Shown here piece by piece: positions 8,575 to 16,844 of a stretch of 32,804 bases of DNA (position 1 is the first letter of the stretch; each line of letters opens with the position of its first letter). The translations under genes were made by a program, and so were the position numbers. Below the pieces are notes generated by a model. The model saw only the letters and a list, made by a program, of their open reading frames with translations, was not told where the DNA came from and ran no database searches. The stretch is from the IMG/VR virus record IMGVR_UViG_3300037762_000215, positions 1 to 32,804 of that record; one strand, 5' to 3'. This DNA comes from a virus. Its lineage: Duplodnaviria; Caudoviricetes.

Positions 8575-8940
8575 CTACTGGCCGTTCGGCAGGACGTATT
8601 CGCACCTGCGGCACTGCACGGTGCCGTCGAGGAAGATGCGGTGCTCACACACGGCGCGGCAGCGTTCGCAGTCACACACGGCGCGGCAGCGTTCGCAGTA
8701 CAGGAAGCCCGGCTCGACACCGTCGTCCTCTTCCAGCCCGTCCTGCCCCCCGTCGCCGTCGGCGTCGTACACCTCGACGGGTGCCGGGCGCCACCGACTG
8801 TCAACCACGGTGCGGGCGAGATGGACAGCGCCGCGGGCGAGCAACACTGCTACGGCGAGGGGCAGGCTCAGCCATATCAGGGCGCCGGTGAGCCACGGGC
8901 CGATCAGCACGGCCCAGATCTCCCAGCCATCGGTGGTCAT
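8575..8940 (-). CDS. Membrane-anchored Cys-rich protein
   Basis: N-terminal hydrophobic segment, acidic linker, CERCRAVC x2 and CRRC. Confidence 0.65.
   Translation of the reverse strand: MTTDGWEIWAVLIGPWLTGALIWLSLPLAVAVLLARGAVHLARTVVDSRWRPAPVEVYDADGDGGQDGLEEDDGVEPGFLYCERCRAVCDCERCRAVCEHRIFLDGTVQCRRCEYVLPNGQ
8645..8698. repeat. Perfect 27-bp tandem duplication (in frame)
   Basis: TCACACACGGCGCGGCAGCGTTCGCAG at 8645-8671 and 8672-8698. Confidence 0.9.
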
Positions 8941-8941
8941 G

Positions 8942-9283
8942 TCAGCGGGTCTTCCTCTGTTGTTGCGTGGGTGGTGTGGGGGGCAGATCCGGGCGGCTAC
9001 GCGGCCGCGGGACGCGGTGCCGGGCCGCGTGGGAGGCAGGGGTGAGGTGGGCAGCGACCCAGCAGGCTGCGAGCCGGGACAGGCCCAGGCGCCGGACAGG
9101 CCGGGCGGGCCGGCCCCGGGTCATGACCGGGTCACGGCGGCCGTGGCGCCACTCGGCGACCGCGCACGCCACCCAACCCGGCCCGGCGATGGCAACAGCG
9201 GCGCCGAGCAGCCACATCGGATCGACACCGTCGAAGACCGCCCACGCCACAGCGGCCATGACGATGATCAGCAGCCCGAACAT
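8942..9283 (-). CDS. Hypothetical membrane protein
   Basis: Two hydrophobic helices at the N-terminus (MFGLLIIVMAAVAWAV; MWLLGAAVAIAG), coupled to neighbours. Confidence 0.55.
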   Translation of the reverse strand: MFGLLIIVMAAVAWAVFDGVDPMWLLGAAVAIAGPGWVACAVAEWRHGRRDPVMTRGRPARPVRRLGLSRLAACWVAAHLTPASHAARHRVPRPRSRPDLPPTPPTQQQRKTR

Positions 9284-9750
9284 CACGGGGCACCACCCCC
9301 GCCCGGGGCGATGTGGTCGGGGGTGAGCCACCCAGCAGCCGTCGCGAGCCACACGGCGTGCGCCATATCCCGTGCGCCGAGCCGCCGCAGGGCACGTACC
9401 CGGTGCGTCCTGATGGTGTGTGGGCTCACGAAGAGGCGGCGGGCGGTGGTATCGACGCTCTCGCCGCCGGCGGCTGCGGCCACGTACAGCAGCTGCGAGG
9501 GTGTCAGCGGACACGTACCCGGCCCGGGCGCACAGACCGGGGTCGTGGCACTGCGACAGTCGTGGCGCAGCCGGCCGACCTCGGCGAGCAGACGCTGCCG
9601 CATGACATCCAGCTGTTGTGCCTGGCTCAGCAGGTGAGCCTCGGCCGGGGTCCGGGGCAGCCACCGCTGCTCCGGCGCCGGGCCCGGCGGCAGGACCAGC
9701 CCGGCCTGGTGCATCCTGGCCAGGACATCCTCAGCGAGCGGCTCAGACAT
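9283..9750 (-). CDS. LuxR-family HTH protein with N-terminal extension
   Basis: PLTPSQL...AGGESVDTTARRLFVSPHTIRTHRVRALRRLGARDMAHAV. Confidence 0.8.
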   Translation of the reverse strand: MSEPLAEDVLARMHQAGLVLPPGPAPEQRWLPRTPAEAHLLSQAQQLDVMRQRLLAEVGRLRHDCRSATTPVCAPGPGTCPLTPSQLLYVAAAAGGESVDTTARRLFVSPHTIRTHRVRALRRLGARDMAHAVWLATAAGWLTPDHIAPGGGGAP

Positions 9751-10036
9751 CGCCGTCACCACCTGGCGCCAGGTGGCCGACGAACCGCACATAGACGCGA
9801 TGCTCGCCGTCGACCGTGCAGGCCCTGGCCTCGAACGCCCCCGCGGGGGCGTAGGCCGGCAAGCTGCCCTTGCGGATCTGGTAAACCAGCGATCCCGAAC
9901 TGCGGGAGGTGCGATAGATGCCGACGACTGCCCACTGGCCCGGCTGCTGCCGCAGCTGGGCCGCGTGCCGGCGGTGGATTCCCCACTCCCCGCGACGCTG
10001 GTCATCCTCGGGCGGGTCCTCGAACAGCAGCGTCAT
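9743..10036 (-). CDS. Hypothetical phage protein
   Basis: FEDPP...LRQQPGQWA...FEAR...VYVRFVG; GGAGG RBS. Confidence 0.75.
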   Translation of the reverse strand: MTLLFEDPPEDDQRRGEWGIHRRHAAQLRQQPGQWAVVGIYRTSRSSGSLVYQIRKGSLPAYAPAGAFEARACTVDGEHRVYVRFVGHLAPGGDGDV

Positions 10037-10260
10037 CGGTGGTACCTCCATCCGGGGAGTTGTCGGGTCGAGGCCAGGCCCTCGATGTATCCGGCCAGCG
10101 CTGTGTCCTGGCCCGCGGCCTGCAGCTCCCGCGCGCGGACTTCGTCATCCGCCCCGGCCTCGGCGTCCGCACAGCCCATGACGAACATCCACAGGAACGT
10201 CTCCTGGTCTGCGTAGGGCATGTGTGCGCATCGCATCTCGGCGATCTCCAGCGGCCTCAC
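10033..10260 (-). CDS. Hypothetical protein
   Basis: GTGA/ATGA overlaps at both ends; GAGGTGG RBS. Confidence 0.55.
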   Translation of the reverse strand: MRPLEIAEMRCAHMPYADQETFLWMFVMGCADAEAGADDEVRARELQAAGQDTALAGYIEGLASTRQLPGWRYHR

Positions 10261-10448
10261 CGTGCCACCACCTCGAACCAGACCGGGATGGGCACGTTCC
10301 AGCGCATCAGGGCGGGCAGCAGCCAATACACGACGGCCAGATAGGTCGCATAGACCCAGCCGAGGATGCCCACATTCGTGCTGACGGTGCGCCAGACCCA
10401 GCGGCCCAGCGACATCCCGCCCGGCTCCCAGTCGTTGCGGGGCATCAC
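10257..10448 (-). CDS. Small membrane protein
   Basis: Trp-rich hydrophobic segment; coupled overlaps. Confidence 0.6.
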   Translation of the reverse strand: MMPRNDWEPGGMSLGRWVWRTVSTNVGILGWVYATYLAVVYWLLPALMRWNVPIPVWFEVVAR

Positions 10449-11023
10449 CGCTCACCCCCCTCGGCGGCGCGGGTGGACCCGCCCCCACTGGTGGGGGTGT
10501 CCTTCCCAGCGCCGCCGACGGGAACGATGACGGACAGATAGGCGCGTGTCCCGCCACCGTGCCGGGCGGTCCGGTACGCGGCCGGGCTGCAGGCCGCCTT
10601 CTGCTGCAGAGCGGCGACCAGCGCACGAACGGCGGTGTCCTCGCCGATCAGACGTACGTCGACCGGCTGCAGCTGGTCGAGCTCGGCGCGGTACTCGGCG
10701 GCTGCCTGCTCACGGGCGGCCTGGTGGATGTCCTCAGCGCGCTGTGGGTCGAACAGGATCCCCGCGGAGGCCTCGGCGGTGGCGATCTCTACAGCGGTGC
10801 TGTGGCCTTTCGCCATCTCAGCGGCGATCACACCGGCAGCAGCCCGTACAGAGGGCTCCGGCGGGGTCATGGGCCAGGTGACACCGTGGACATCACTGTG
10901 CTCGCCGTCCGTATGCGGCAGACGAGCGCAGGGCCACTGGGCCAGGACATAGCCGTGGCGGCGGGCACCGCAAGGCAGCGGGCCAGAATTCTCGGGAGGG
11001 ACAGGGACAGTAGGCTCGGACAT
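10445..11023 (-). CDS. Hypothetical protein
   Basis: AGAGG RBS; N-terminal C...C....H...H motif. Confidence 0.65.
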   Translation of the reverse strand: MSEPTVPVPPENSGPLPCGARRHGYVLAQWPCARLPHTDGEHSDVHGVTWPMTPPEPSVRAAAGVIAAEMAKGHSTAVEIATAEASAGILFDPQRAEDIHQAAREQAAAEYRAELDQLQPVDVRLIGEDTAVRALVAALQQKAACSPAAYRTARHGGGTRAYLSVIVPVGGAGKDTPTSGGGSTRAAEGGER

Positions 11024-11110
11024 GAGGTCTGCCTCTCTTTCTCGAGGTTGGTGCAGGTGGACTGGGGCCGTCCCGGACTTCGCGGTTACGGGGCGGCCCG
11101 CTTCATGGGG

Positions 11111-11296
11111 TCAGGCAGCGCTGCCGGTCCGGGTGTCGGTGACGGCGCGCAGGTACGGGCGGTGCAGGACAGCCAGCCGGCTGATCTCCGCATCGGTGAG
11201 ACGACAGCGCGGGCAGTCCCTCGGCAAGGGCACGCCGTGCTCGCACGGCGCGGTAAACCCGGCCTCAAACGCCTCATCCCGCGTACGACACATCAC
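11111..11296 (-). CDS. Small Cys/His protein downstream of Cro
   Basis: CEHG...CPRC motif; GTGA overlap with the cro-like gene. Confidence 0.6.
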   Translation of the reverse strand: MMCRTRDEAFEAGFTAPCEHGVPLPRDCPRCRLTDAEISRLAVLHRPYLRAVTDTRTGSAA

Positions 11297-11547
11297 GCCG
11301 CGGCCTCGGTCTCTGCCGCTGGGCTCTTCCGGCCCGGCTCGGGCGGCATCAGATCAGCGATCTCACAGCCGAAAACCTGGGCGAGACGGCCCAACACCGG
11401 CGCCGAGGCGCTTCCGGTGCCTCTTTCGATCATGGACATGTAGGCCTGGGAGATCTCCGCTTTGGCGGCGAGCGCACCCTGTGTAAGGCCAGCCTCAATC
11501 CGCTTACGGCGAAGTCGCCCCGGGTCCTGGTTTGGCGAGGACTTCAT
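11293..11547 (-). CDS. Cro-like XRE HTH protein
   Basis: LRRKRIEAGLTQGALAAKAEISQAYMSMIERG; divergent from the repressor. Confidence 0.9.
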   Translation of the reverse strand: MKSSPNQDPGRLRRKRIEAGLTQGALAAKAEISQAYMSMIERGTGSASAPVLGRLAQVFGCEIADLMPPEPGRKSPAAETEAAA

Positions 11548-11582
11548 GTGTCGAGGCTAGAGCCGACTGAAGCAAACTGCAA
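11548..11582 (-). promoter_or_regulatory. Lytic early promoter, leaderless (TTGCAG-N17-TAGCCT-N6-ATG)
   Basis: Minus strand -35 at 11582-11577, -10 at 11559-11554, ATG 6 nt downstream, no SD sequence. Confidence 0.6.
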
Positions 11583-11583
11583 C

Positions 11584-11692
11584 CTGCTGATATTGACTAA
11601 TTCAGCAGAGCCCAGCAGCACTCAGTAGCTGCTGGCTGCTCTACCTTGTCCAGATTGGGTAAAGTTCGGTGAAGTTCCGTGAAGTTCAGTGA
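11584..11692. promoter_or_regulatory. Switch-region operator candidates
   Basis: Inverted repeats CTGCTGA/TCAGCAG (11584-11608) and CCAGCAGC/GCTGCTGG (11612-11635); three 10-bp direct repeats GT(A/G)AAGTTCN (11659-11688). Confidence 0.55.
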
Positions 11693-11706
11693 TGGGAGGC
11701 TCGACC

Positions 11707-12159
11707 GTGAGCTCAGCCGACGAGCTGCAGCCGCCGCCTGAAGCGTCCCTGATCCAGCTCGCACGCAAGGCTCGAGGCCTGAGCCCCGAGAAGGCGGCCG
11801 AGCTGACTCCGATCCGACTTCGCGGCGGTCGATGGCGACAGATCGAAAACGGGTACGAGCGGAAGAACCCGCCCAAGCCAGTGCGCGCACCTGATCTCAC
11901 GCTGGCGCATATGGCGCATGTCGTCGGGGTCGCACCTGAGCGGCTGGAGGAAGCGGGGCGGGGGGATGCGGCCGAGATCCTGCGGGAGATCCTGCGCCAG
12001 GAGGCCGAGAGTGAACAGGAGTCGGTCTATGCCGACTTGTCCGATCGCTATGAGCGTGCGGTCTGGGAGATGGCTCTCTCCGAGGACGACCGGCGCACGC
12101 TGATTGATCTTCTGCGGAAGGGCAGGGAGCAGGACGAGCGCGGGCGACGGCCGGCCTGA
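11707..12159 (+). CDS. CI-like immunity repressor (XRE HTH)
   Basis: LIQLARKARGLSPEKAA...RWRQIENGY...LAHMAHVVGV.PERL; GGGAGG RBS before the GTG at 11707. Confidence 0.8.
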   Translation: MSSADELQPPPEASLIQLARKARGLSPEKAAELTPIRLRGGRWRQIENGYERKNPPKPVRAPDLTLAHMAHVVGVAPERLEEAGRGDAAEILREILRQEAESEQESVYADLSDRYERAVWEMALSEDDRRTLIDLLRKGREQDERGRRPA

Positions 12160-12250
12160 CTCGCCACCGCGCGGACAGTGGAGCAGAAGGCCGCGGGTAC
12201 GCCAGCGCGGCAGCACCCCCTTCTTCAATGGCGAGAAGTGAAGGGGAGAC

Positions 12251-12934
12251 GTGATGGACCGTCTCAGGAAGATAGGCGACCAGCTCGCGGCGATCGACCA
12301 GGCTCTGCAGATCGCGCGGCAGGAGACGGAGCCTGATCGGCGGGAGCAGTTATTCGATGTCGTCGGGCGGGCGGTGGACGTCGCACGGGCGGAGCACCAG
12401 GCGGCCGTGGAGGAGGAGCAGAGGCGCCCGGTGTTCCGGGTGATCCAGGGCGGTGGGGTCGCCGCTCTGATCGCTGCGATCGGTGGGGGGATGCGGAGCT
12501 ACTGGCAGCAGCACCGGTCGGCAACTGTTGTCACTGTGGCGGCCGCCACCGCGGCGCCGATGCTGCTGTATCTCGCTCTGGAAGGCGGCCCAGCGCAGAA
12601 CGACGTGGACAGCGGCGAGGCGCCCATCCCCACGCCCACGGTCACAGTGACGCACACCAAGAGCCCTGCGCCGCCACAGCCGACCACCCCCGGGCCCAGC
12701 ACCGATAGCGTCCCCACCGATCCCGATCAAGCTCCGGATCTCGGATTGACCGTTTCCCCGGCTCCGCCCGCCGAGCAGACCCGGCCGACGGATCAGCTGG
12801 AATCCAGCGAGCGGCAGGGACGCGGCACTGCTGAGGCGCCACCGCCCGGGCTCATGGAGAAGGACGCGAGACACACCGGCCAGGGCGATCCGTGCCCAGC
12901 AGCCGACAAGGACGTCTGTCTACTCGGCCGATAG
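12251..12934 (+). CDS. Membrane protein co-oriented with the repressor
   Basis: Helical N-domain, FRVIQGG motif, hydrophobic segments and a Pro/Thr-rich C-terminus; GGGGAG RBS. Confidence 0.65.
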   Translation: MMDRLRKIGDQLAAIDQALQIARQETEPDRREQLFDVVGRAVDVARAEHQAAVEEEQRRPVFRVIQGGGVAALIAAIGGGMRSYWQQHRSATVVTVAAATAAPMLLYLALEGGPAQNDVDSGEAPIPTPTVTVTHTKSPAPPQPTTPGPSTDSVPTDPDQAPDLGLTVSPAPPAEQTRPTDQLESSERQGRGTAEAPPPGLMEKDARHTGQGDPCPAADKDVCLLGR

Positions 12935-14401
12935 CGGCCGGCGGTGCAACTCCACCGCGCTGGTGTCGAACCCGGGGCCGCGCTGCGTAGTGGGCTTGAG
13001 GACGACTCGCCACAGGTCCCGTACGGTGGCGGAGCGTATGTCGATGGGCTCGGCCTCCCAGTGCTCGCGCGTGATGCCGACCATCCGTGCGAGCCGCCGG
13101 CGGCGCGCGGACAGGACCAGCTGATTGCGCAGTCCGTCGATCTTCCGGTCGAAGCTGGCGAGCGACGTCATGGCCAGTGCGGCATCGACATCGGGGTGGT
13201 CGGCCAAGTTCTCCAGCTGCTCGCGGACTTCCTTCTTGCGGCGCTCCAGCTTGGTGATCTCCTTGCCGATGTCGGGCTGGTCGTCGTCCCGGTGGATCTC
13301 GGCGGAGAACCGCGCGTCGTTCAGGAGCTGCACCGTGCGGCCCTCCACGTAGGCGTCGAGCAGCTCCACGTTCCGGCCCACGCCGCGGCACTGGGGGCAG
13401 TAGTAGATGCGCGAGGATTTCCGGTTGCGGCCGCCGGTCGGCTTCGTACGGACCGGGACCCTGCACATCACGCACTCCGCACCCTGAGCCCCGGAGAGCA
13501 GGTACTTGCGCTGCCGCCCCTGGTACGGGTGTTCCTTGGCGCTGCTCGCGTAGATCCTCTTGATGTCCTCCCATGTCTCGCGGGAGAAGATCTCCTCCCA
13601 GGCCGCCTCGTGCAGCCGGCCGTCGTGCTCGATCAGGCCCGCGTTGCGGGGGGCCAGCATCAGGTTCCGCAGGCTCTTGACCGTGAACGGGTTCCCCTCG
13701 GTGGTGACGACACCTTCCTCCCCCAGCCAGCGCACGACACCGGCCTGGCCCTGTCCGGCCAGCAGCCGGTCGCCGGCCTCAGCCAGATACTTGGCCTCCT
13801 GCAGCACCTGCTGGGTGGTGTCGTAGACGGGGACCTCGACCATCTCACCGGTCTCCCGGTCGACCTTGGTGCGGGTTCCGGTCTGCACCCCGTACCCGAA
13901 CGGCCGGTTGCCGCCGGCCTGTGTCAGGCCGCGCTCCCGCCGGGCCGTGAGGGCGCGCCGCACGCGGCGGGAGATGTTGTCCGACTCGCGGCAGGCCTGC
14001 GCCGCCTCGATGCGCAGGATGAACCGGTCGTCTGCAGAGTCAAGATCACGCGTACCCGAAGGCGATGCGATGCGGACACCCTTCTTGTCCGCGATGCTGA
14101 TCAGCATCTCGAGATCATGCGGCTGCCGGATCAGCCGGTCGCCGTGGTAGACGATGATGGCGTCGATCTCACCGTGGTCGACTGCCTTGAGCATCCGGTC
14201 CCACTGGGGTCGATTGCGGTTGCGCTGCCATGCCGAGCGGGAGTTGTCGGGGTAGATGTGGGCCTCGGAGACCGGCCAGCCCAGCCGCTGGGCGAGCTGG
14301 CGGCAATCAGCCTCCTGCCGCTCCACCTTCTCCACCGAGCCATCGGGGGCGTAGGACAGTCTGCAATACACCCCGGCGCGCTTCGGCATGGTCATCGTCA
14401 T
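12920..14401 (-). CDS. int: Large serine recombinase (integrase)
   Basis: VYCRLS catalytic motif, DNSRSA..RPQW, DRLIR, RPFGY recombinase domain, CVMC...YYCPQC Zn ribbon and coiled coil; start could be 14389-14410. Confidence 0.95.
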   Translation of the reverse strand: MTMTMPKRAGVYCRLSYAPDGSVEKVERQEADCRQLAQRLGWPVSEAHIYPDNSRSAWQRNRNRPQWDRMLKAVDHGEIDAIIVYHGDRLIRQPHDLEMLISIADKKGVRIASPSGTRDLDSADDRFILRIEAAQACRESDNISRRVRRALTARRERGLTQAGGNRPFGYGVQTGTRTKVDRETGEMVEVPVYDTTQQVLQEAKYLAEAGDRLLAGQGQAGVVRWLGEEGVVTTEGNPFTVKSLRNLMLAPRNAGLIEHDGRLHEAAWEEIFSRETWEDIKRIYASSAKEHPYQGRQRKYLLSGAQGAECVMCRVPVRTKPTGGRNRKSSRIYYCPQCRGVGRNVELLDAYVEGRTVQLLNDARFSAEIHRDDDQPDIGKEITKLERRKKEVREQLENLADHPDVDAALAMTSLASFDRKIDGLRNQLVLSARRRRLARMVGITREHWEAEPIDIRSATVRDLWRVVLKPTTQRGPGFDTSAVELHRRPLSAE

Positions 14402-14411
14402 GACGGTCAAG

Positions 14412-14463
14412 TGTAGGTGCCTGATTCCCAGTTAGGGATCTTACTGCGATTCAAACACCACCA
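14412..14463. other. Putative attP site
   Basis: About 50-bp imperfect inverted repeat centred on GA at 14437-14438 (GGTGcc TGAtTCcCAGTtAG / CTtACTGcGAtTCA aaCACC), directly upstream of int. Confidence 0.65.
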
Positions 14464-14496
14464 TTACTGACCGTGCTCAGCACCCGGCACATGAAG

Positions 14497-14539
14497 AGGC
14501 CCCGTCCGTCCGCGACGGGGGCGCGGACGGACGGGGCCT
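14497..14539 (-). terminator. Terminator hairpin after the kinase gene
   Basis: 18-bp perfect stem AGGCCCCGTCCGTCCGCG / CGCGGACGGACGGGGCCT with a 7-nt loop. Confidence 0.8.
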
Positions 14540-14560
14540 GCTCAGGGGAAATCGGCGCAG

Positions 14561-15379
14561 TCAGGTAGTGACGGCCAGCGGCCGGTCGGCGACCACGACA
14601 CCCCGGTGGGCCGCCCACGCCTCGGCGGCCTGCGCCATGGAAGCGATCCACGACGCCCCCGGGCGGCGGACCGCGAACGTGCGGTGCATGCGCACGTCGG
14701 CGGCGACGAAAGCATCCACCGCCTTCGGGTCCGCGCTCGTCCATGCCTCGCACTGGGCCGCCCACCTCTCGGCGGCCTCGGGAGTGTGCCCAGCGGCGAC
14801 GAGCTGCAAGACGAGACAGGCCGGGTCGATGAAGGCAGCGCCGCGGGTCGGCCACGCCCAGTCCACCACCCACGTCCCTTGCGGACTGGTGAGGAAGTTG
14901 GACGGGTTGATGTCCGTGTACAGCAGGGCATCCCCCGCTATGAGCTCGGCCCCATCGCCGGCGAACCGGTCCCAGCGAGTCTCGTGCCACTCCCGAGCCG
15001 CCTCGGGCAGGCCCAGAGCACCGATCTGGGCGAGGGCCTCGACAACGGCCGGCAAGTTGGCCGAGCCCGGCGTGAAGTCGGCGTGGACGCCCTCCACCAG
15101 ATCGAAGCCGAGGATGATCCACTCGTTGTTCTCGACGTGCCAGCGCAGGGCCGGGGCGATGGGCTGGACGTGCGGGTTGATCACCCGCTCGCGGAGCAGG
15201 GAGTCGCGGCGCCCCCCGGCCCGGTTCCGCATCGCCTTGACGAAGAACCGGCCCTGCTCGCCCGCGACGACGGCGGTCACATCTGAGCTGAACCCGCGGT
15301 CAGTGGGCTGCAGGTCGGCCAGGCCACCCGTATGCGGGTGGATCAGGGCCCAGAAGTCCGGGCCGGGAAGCTCACGCAT
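14561..15379 (-). CDS. APH/choline-kinase-like phosphotransferase
   Basis: GFSSD loop, FFVK lysine, YTDINPSN (HxDxxxxN-like) catalytic motif, VVDW metal motif; GAGGAGG RBS. Confidence 0.85.
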   Translation of the reverse strand: MRELPGPDFWALIHPHTGGLADLQPTDRGFSSDVTAVVAGEQGRFFVKAMRNRAGGRRDSLLRERVINPHVQPIAPALRWHVENNEWIILGFDLVEGVHADFTPGSANLPAVVEALAQIGALGLPEAAREWHETRWDRFAGDGAELIAGDALLYTDINPSNFLTSPQGTWVVDWAWPTRGAAFIDPACLVLQLVAAGHTPEAAERWAAQCEAWTSADPKAVDAFVAADVRMHRTFAVRRPGASWIASMAQAAEAWAAHRGVVVADRPLAVTT

Positions 15380-15390
15380 CAGGGGCCTCC

Positions 15391-16254
15391 TCAGTTCCTC
15401 GGTGTGCATCCCGACCCCGGGTAGCCCGGGGTGCATTCCTGGTCGGGTTCACAGGCACCCGCGCGGGCCGCGCGTTGGATGCTTGTGGTGGCCTGCGCCA
15501 TGGCGGAGCCCCCGAGGATAGCGCCCAGCGCGTCCTCCTGGACGTTCCCCACACCCATCCAGGCAGAGAACACGCACGGCGAGACGGTGCCGTCCGGGCC
15601 GATGGCTGCCTTGCCCGTGCCGCACCGGCCGCACAGCCCGGACACTTCCGGCGCCTGGGTTCCTGAGGCGCGGCCGAAGGGCCTGACACGGTCGGAGCTG
15701 ACCTGGGCGACGCCAAGGCAGCGCAGGTCGTGGACGGCGTCATGGACGCGGTCGGTGTCATCGCCGATGACACCGACGCGCAGCGGGATACCGAGCCGGA
15801 CGGCCTTTTCGATGTTCGCGCGGGTCCGCTGGTGGCTGGGGCGGCCGGTCATCTCGTTGTGCTCTGCGGCCTGCTGGGCGTAGTAGGAGGTGGCCACCGT
15901 GACCCCGTCGTGGCGCAGTAGCTCCCACCACGCATTGGTGATGTGCACCAAGTTGGTGAACACCTCCACCGTCAGCCCGAGCCAGAGCGCGTGCTGTGTC
16001 AGGTCGAGGGCGTGTGGGTGCAGGGTCGGCTCGCCGCCGATGAGCTGCACGCCGCGCACCCCGAGCTGGTGCGCCTGGGTGAGCACGTCGATCCAGTCGT
16101 CGCGGGTCATCGTGCCGTGCGTGCCGTGGGGTCCGGAGGCGTTGTAGCAGTGCGCGCATTCCAGTTGGCACTTGCGGGTCAGGTCGAGCCACAGGAACCG
16201 GGGCGTGGGGGCTGCTTCTGGCAGTGCTTGGGTGGTCACGTGCAGGTCTCGCAT
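15391..16254 (-). CDS. Radical SAM protein with twitch/SPASM-like domain and C-x-P repeat tail
   Basis: CQLECAHC, IGGEPTLHP, VFTN, RPFGRA, CGRCG...IGPDGTVSPC; tail ACEPDQECTPGYPGSGCTPRN; GAGGAGG RBS. Confidence 0.92.
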   Translation of the reverse strand: MRDLHVTTQALPEAAPTPRFLWLDLTRKCQLECAHCYNASGPHGTHGTMTRDDWIDVLTQAHQLGVRGVQLIGGEPTLHPHALDLTQHALWLGLTVEVFTNLVHITNAWWELLRHDGVTVATSYYAQQAAEHNEMTGRPSHQRTRANIEKAVRLGIPLRVGVIGDDTDRVHDAVHDLRCLGVAQVSSDRVRPFGRASGTQAPEVSGLCGRCGTGKAAIGPDGTVSPCVFSAWMGVGNVQEDALGAILGGSAMAQATTSIQRAARAGACEPDQECTPGYPGSGCTPRN

Positions 16255-16319
16255 GGGGCGTTACCTCCTCACGTGGTGCCGACGCGGGGACGGTCCTCGC
16301 GCCGTCGTGCGCTTGCTGT

Positions 16320-16364
16320 CCCGCCCCGGCTGGCCGGCACCCCTGTCGGCGTGGCCGGGGCGGG
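16320..16364. other. GC-rich hairpin in the leader of the radical SAM gene
   Basis: 11-bp inverted repeat CCCGCCCCGGC / GCCGGGGCGGG with an imperfect inner stem. Confidence 0.5.
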
Positions 16365-16416
16365 GCTTGCGGGGCCGCCTGTGGAGGCTTGTGCCACCCC
16401 ACGGCGGCCCGGCTTT

Positions 16417-16635
16417 TCAGCGCAGCCAGCCGCCCGGGGCACGGCGTGCGCGGATGTGATCGAAGTAGCGGGCTATCCGCTCCGCCCTCTCCCGCGTCTC
16501 CTCGCCGCCGGGGGGCTCGTCGGCGCAGTGGGTGCAGCCGTCCCAGGACCAGCCGAGGCCGCTTGCCCCGGGCTGGTCCACGGTCTGCAGGTCGTCGGGG
16601 CGCACCGGGCGTTGGCAGTGGGGGCAGTGGGTCAT
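16417..16635 (-). CDS. Small Zn-ribbon protein
   Basis: CPHC...GASG...CTHC; ATGA overlap. Confidence 0.65.
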   Translation of the reverse strand: MTHCPHCQRPVRPDDLQTVDQPGASGLGWSWDGCTHCADEPPGGEETRERAERIARYFDHIRARRAPGGWLR

Positions 16636-16844
16636 CGCCCCGCCTCTCCACGGGAGCTGCGCCATGCGTGCCGTAGCTCCTTGCCCTTCTCGCATCCGGC
16701 CTCTACCTCGCGGCAGGCGTCGCATGCGGTGGCGTGGTCGAGGTAGGCGCGCCAGGCGGCCGGTTGGTCATCGTCCGCGAAGATGCGCTCGAGGAGCTCG
16801 GCCTCGCTGACCTCGGCGAGCGGCTGATCAGGCTCGCGGCTCAT
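16632..16844 (-). CDS. Small His/Cys protein
   Basis: YLDH...CDAC......C..G..L; GGGAGG RBS; ATGA overlap. Confidence 0.7.
   Translation of the reverse strand: MSREPDQPLAEVSEAELLERIFADDDQPAAWRAYLDHATACDACREVEAGCEKGKELRHAWRSSRGEAGR

Noticed and set aside
8645-8698. CRISPR-like repeat
   Set aside because: Two adjacent copies without a spacer, inside a coding frame, and no cas genes
14561-15379. Aminoglycoside resistance gene
   Set aside because: Only fold-level APH motifs are present; the context with the rSAM suggests another substrate and no specific resistance family is recognisable
14561-16254. Viperin plus nucleotide kinase antiviral pair
   Set aside because: The rSAM has a twitch/SPASM-like C-terminus and the kinase is APH-fold, not a P-loop NMP kinase
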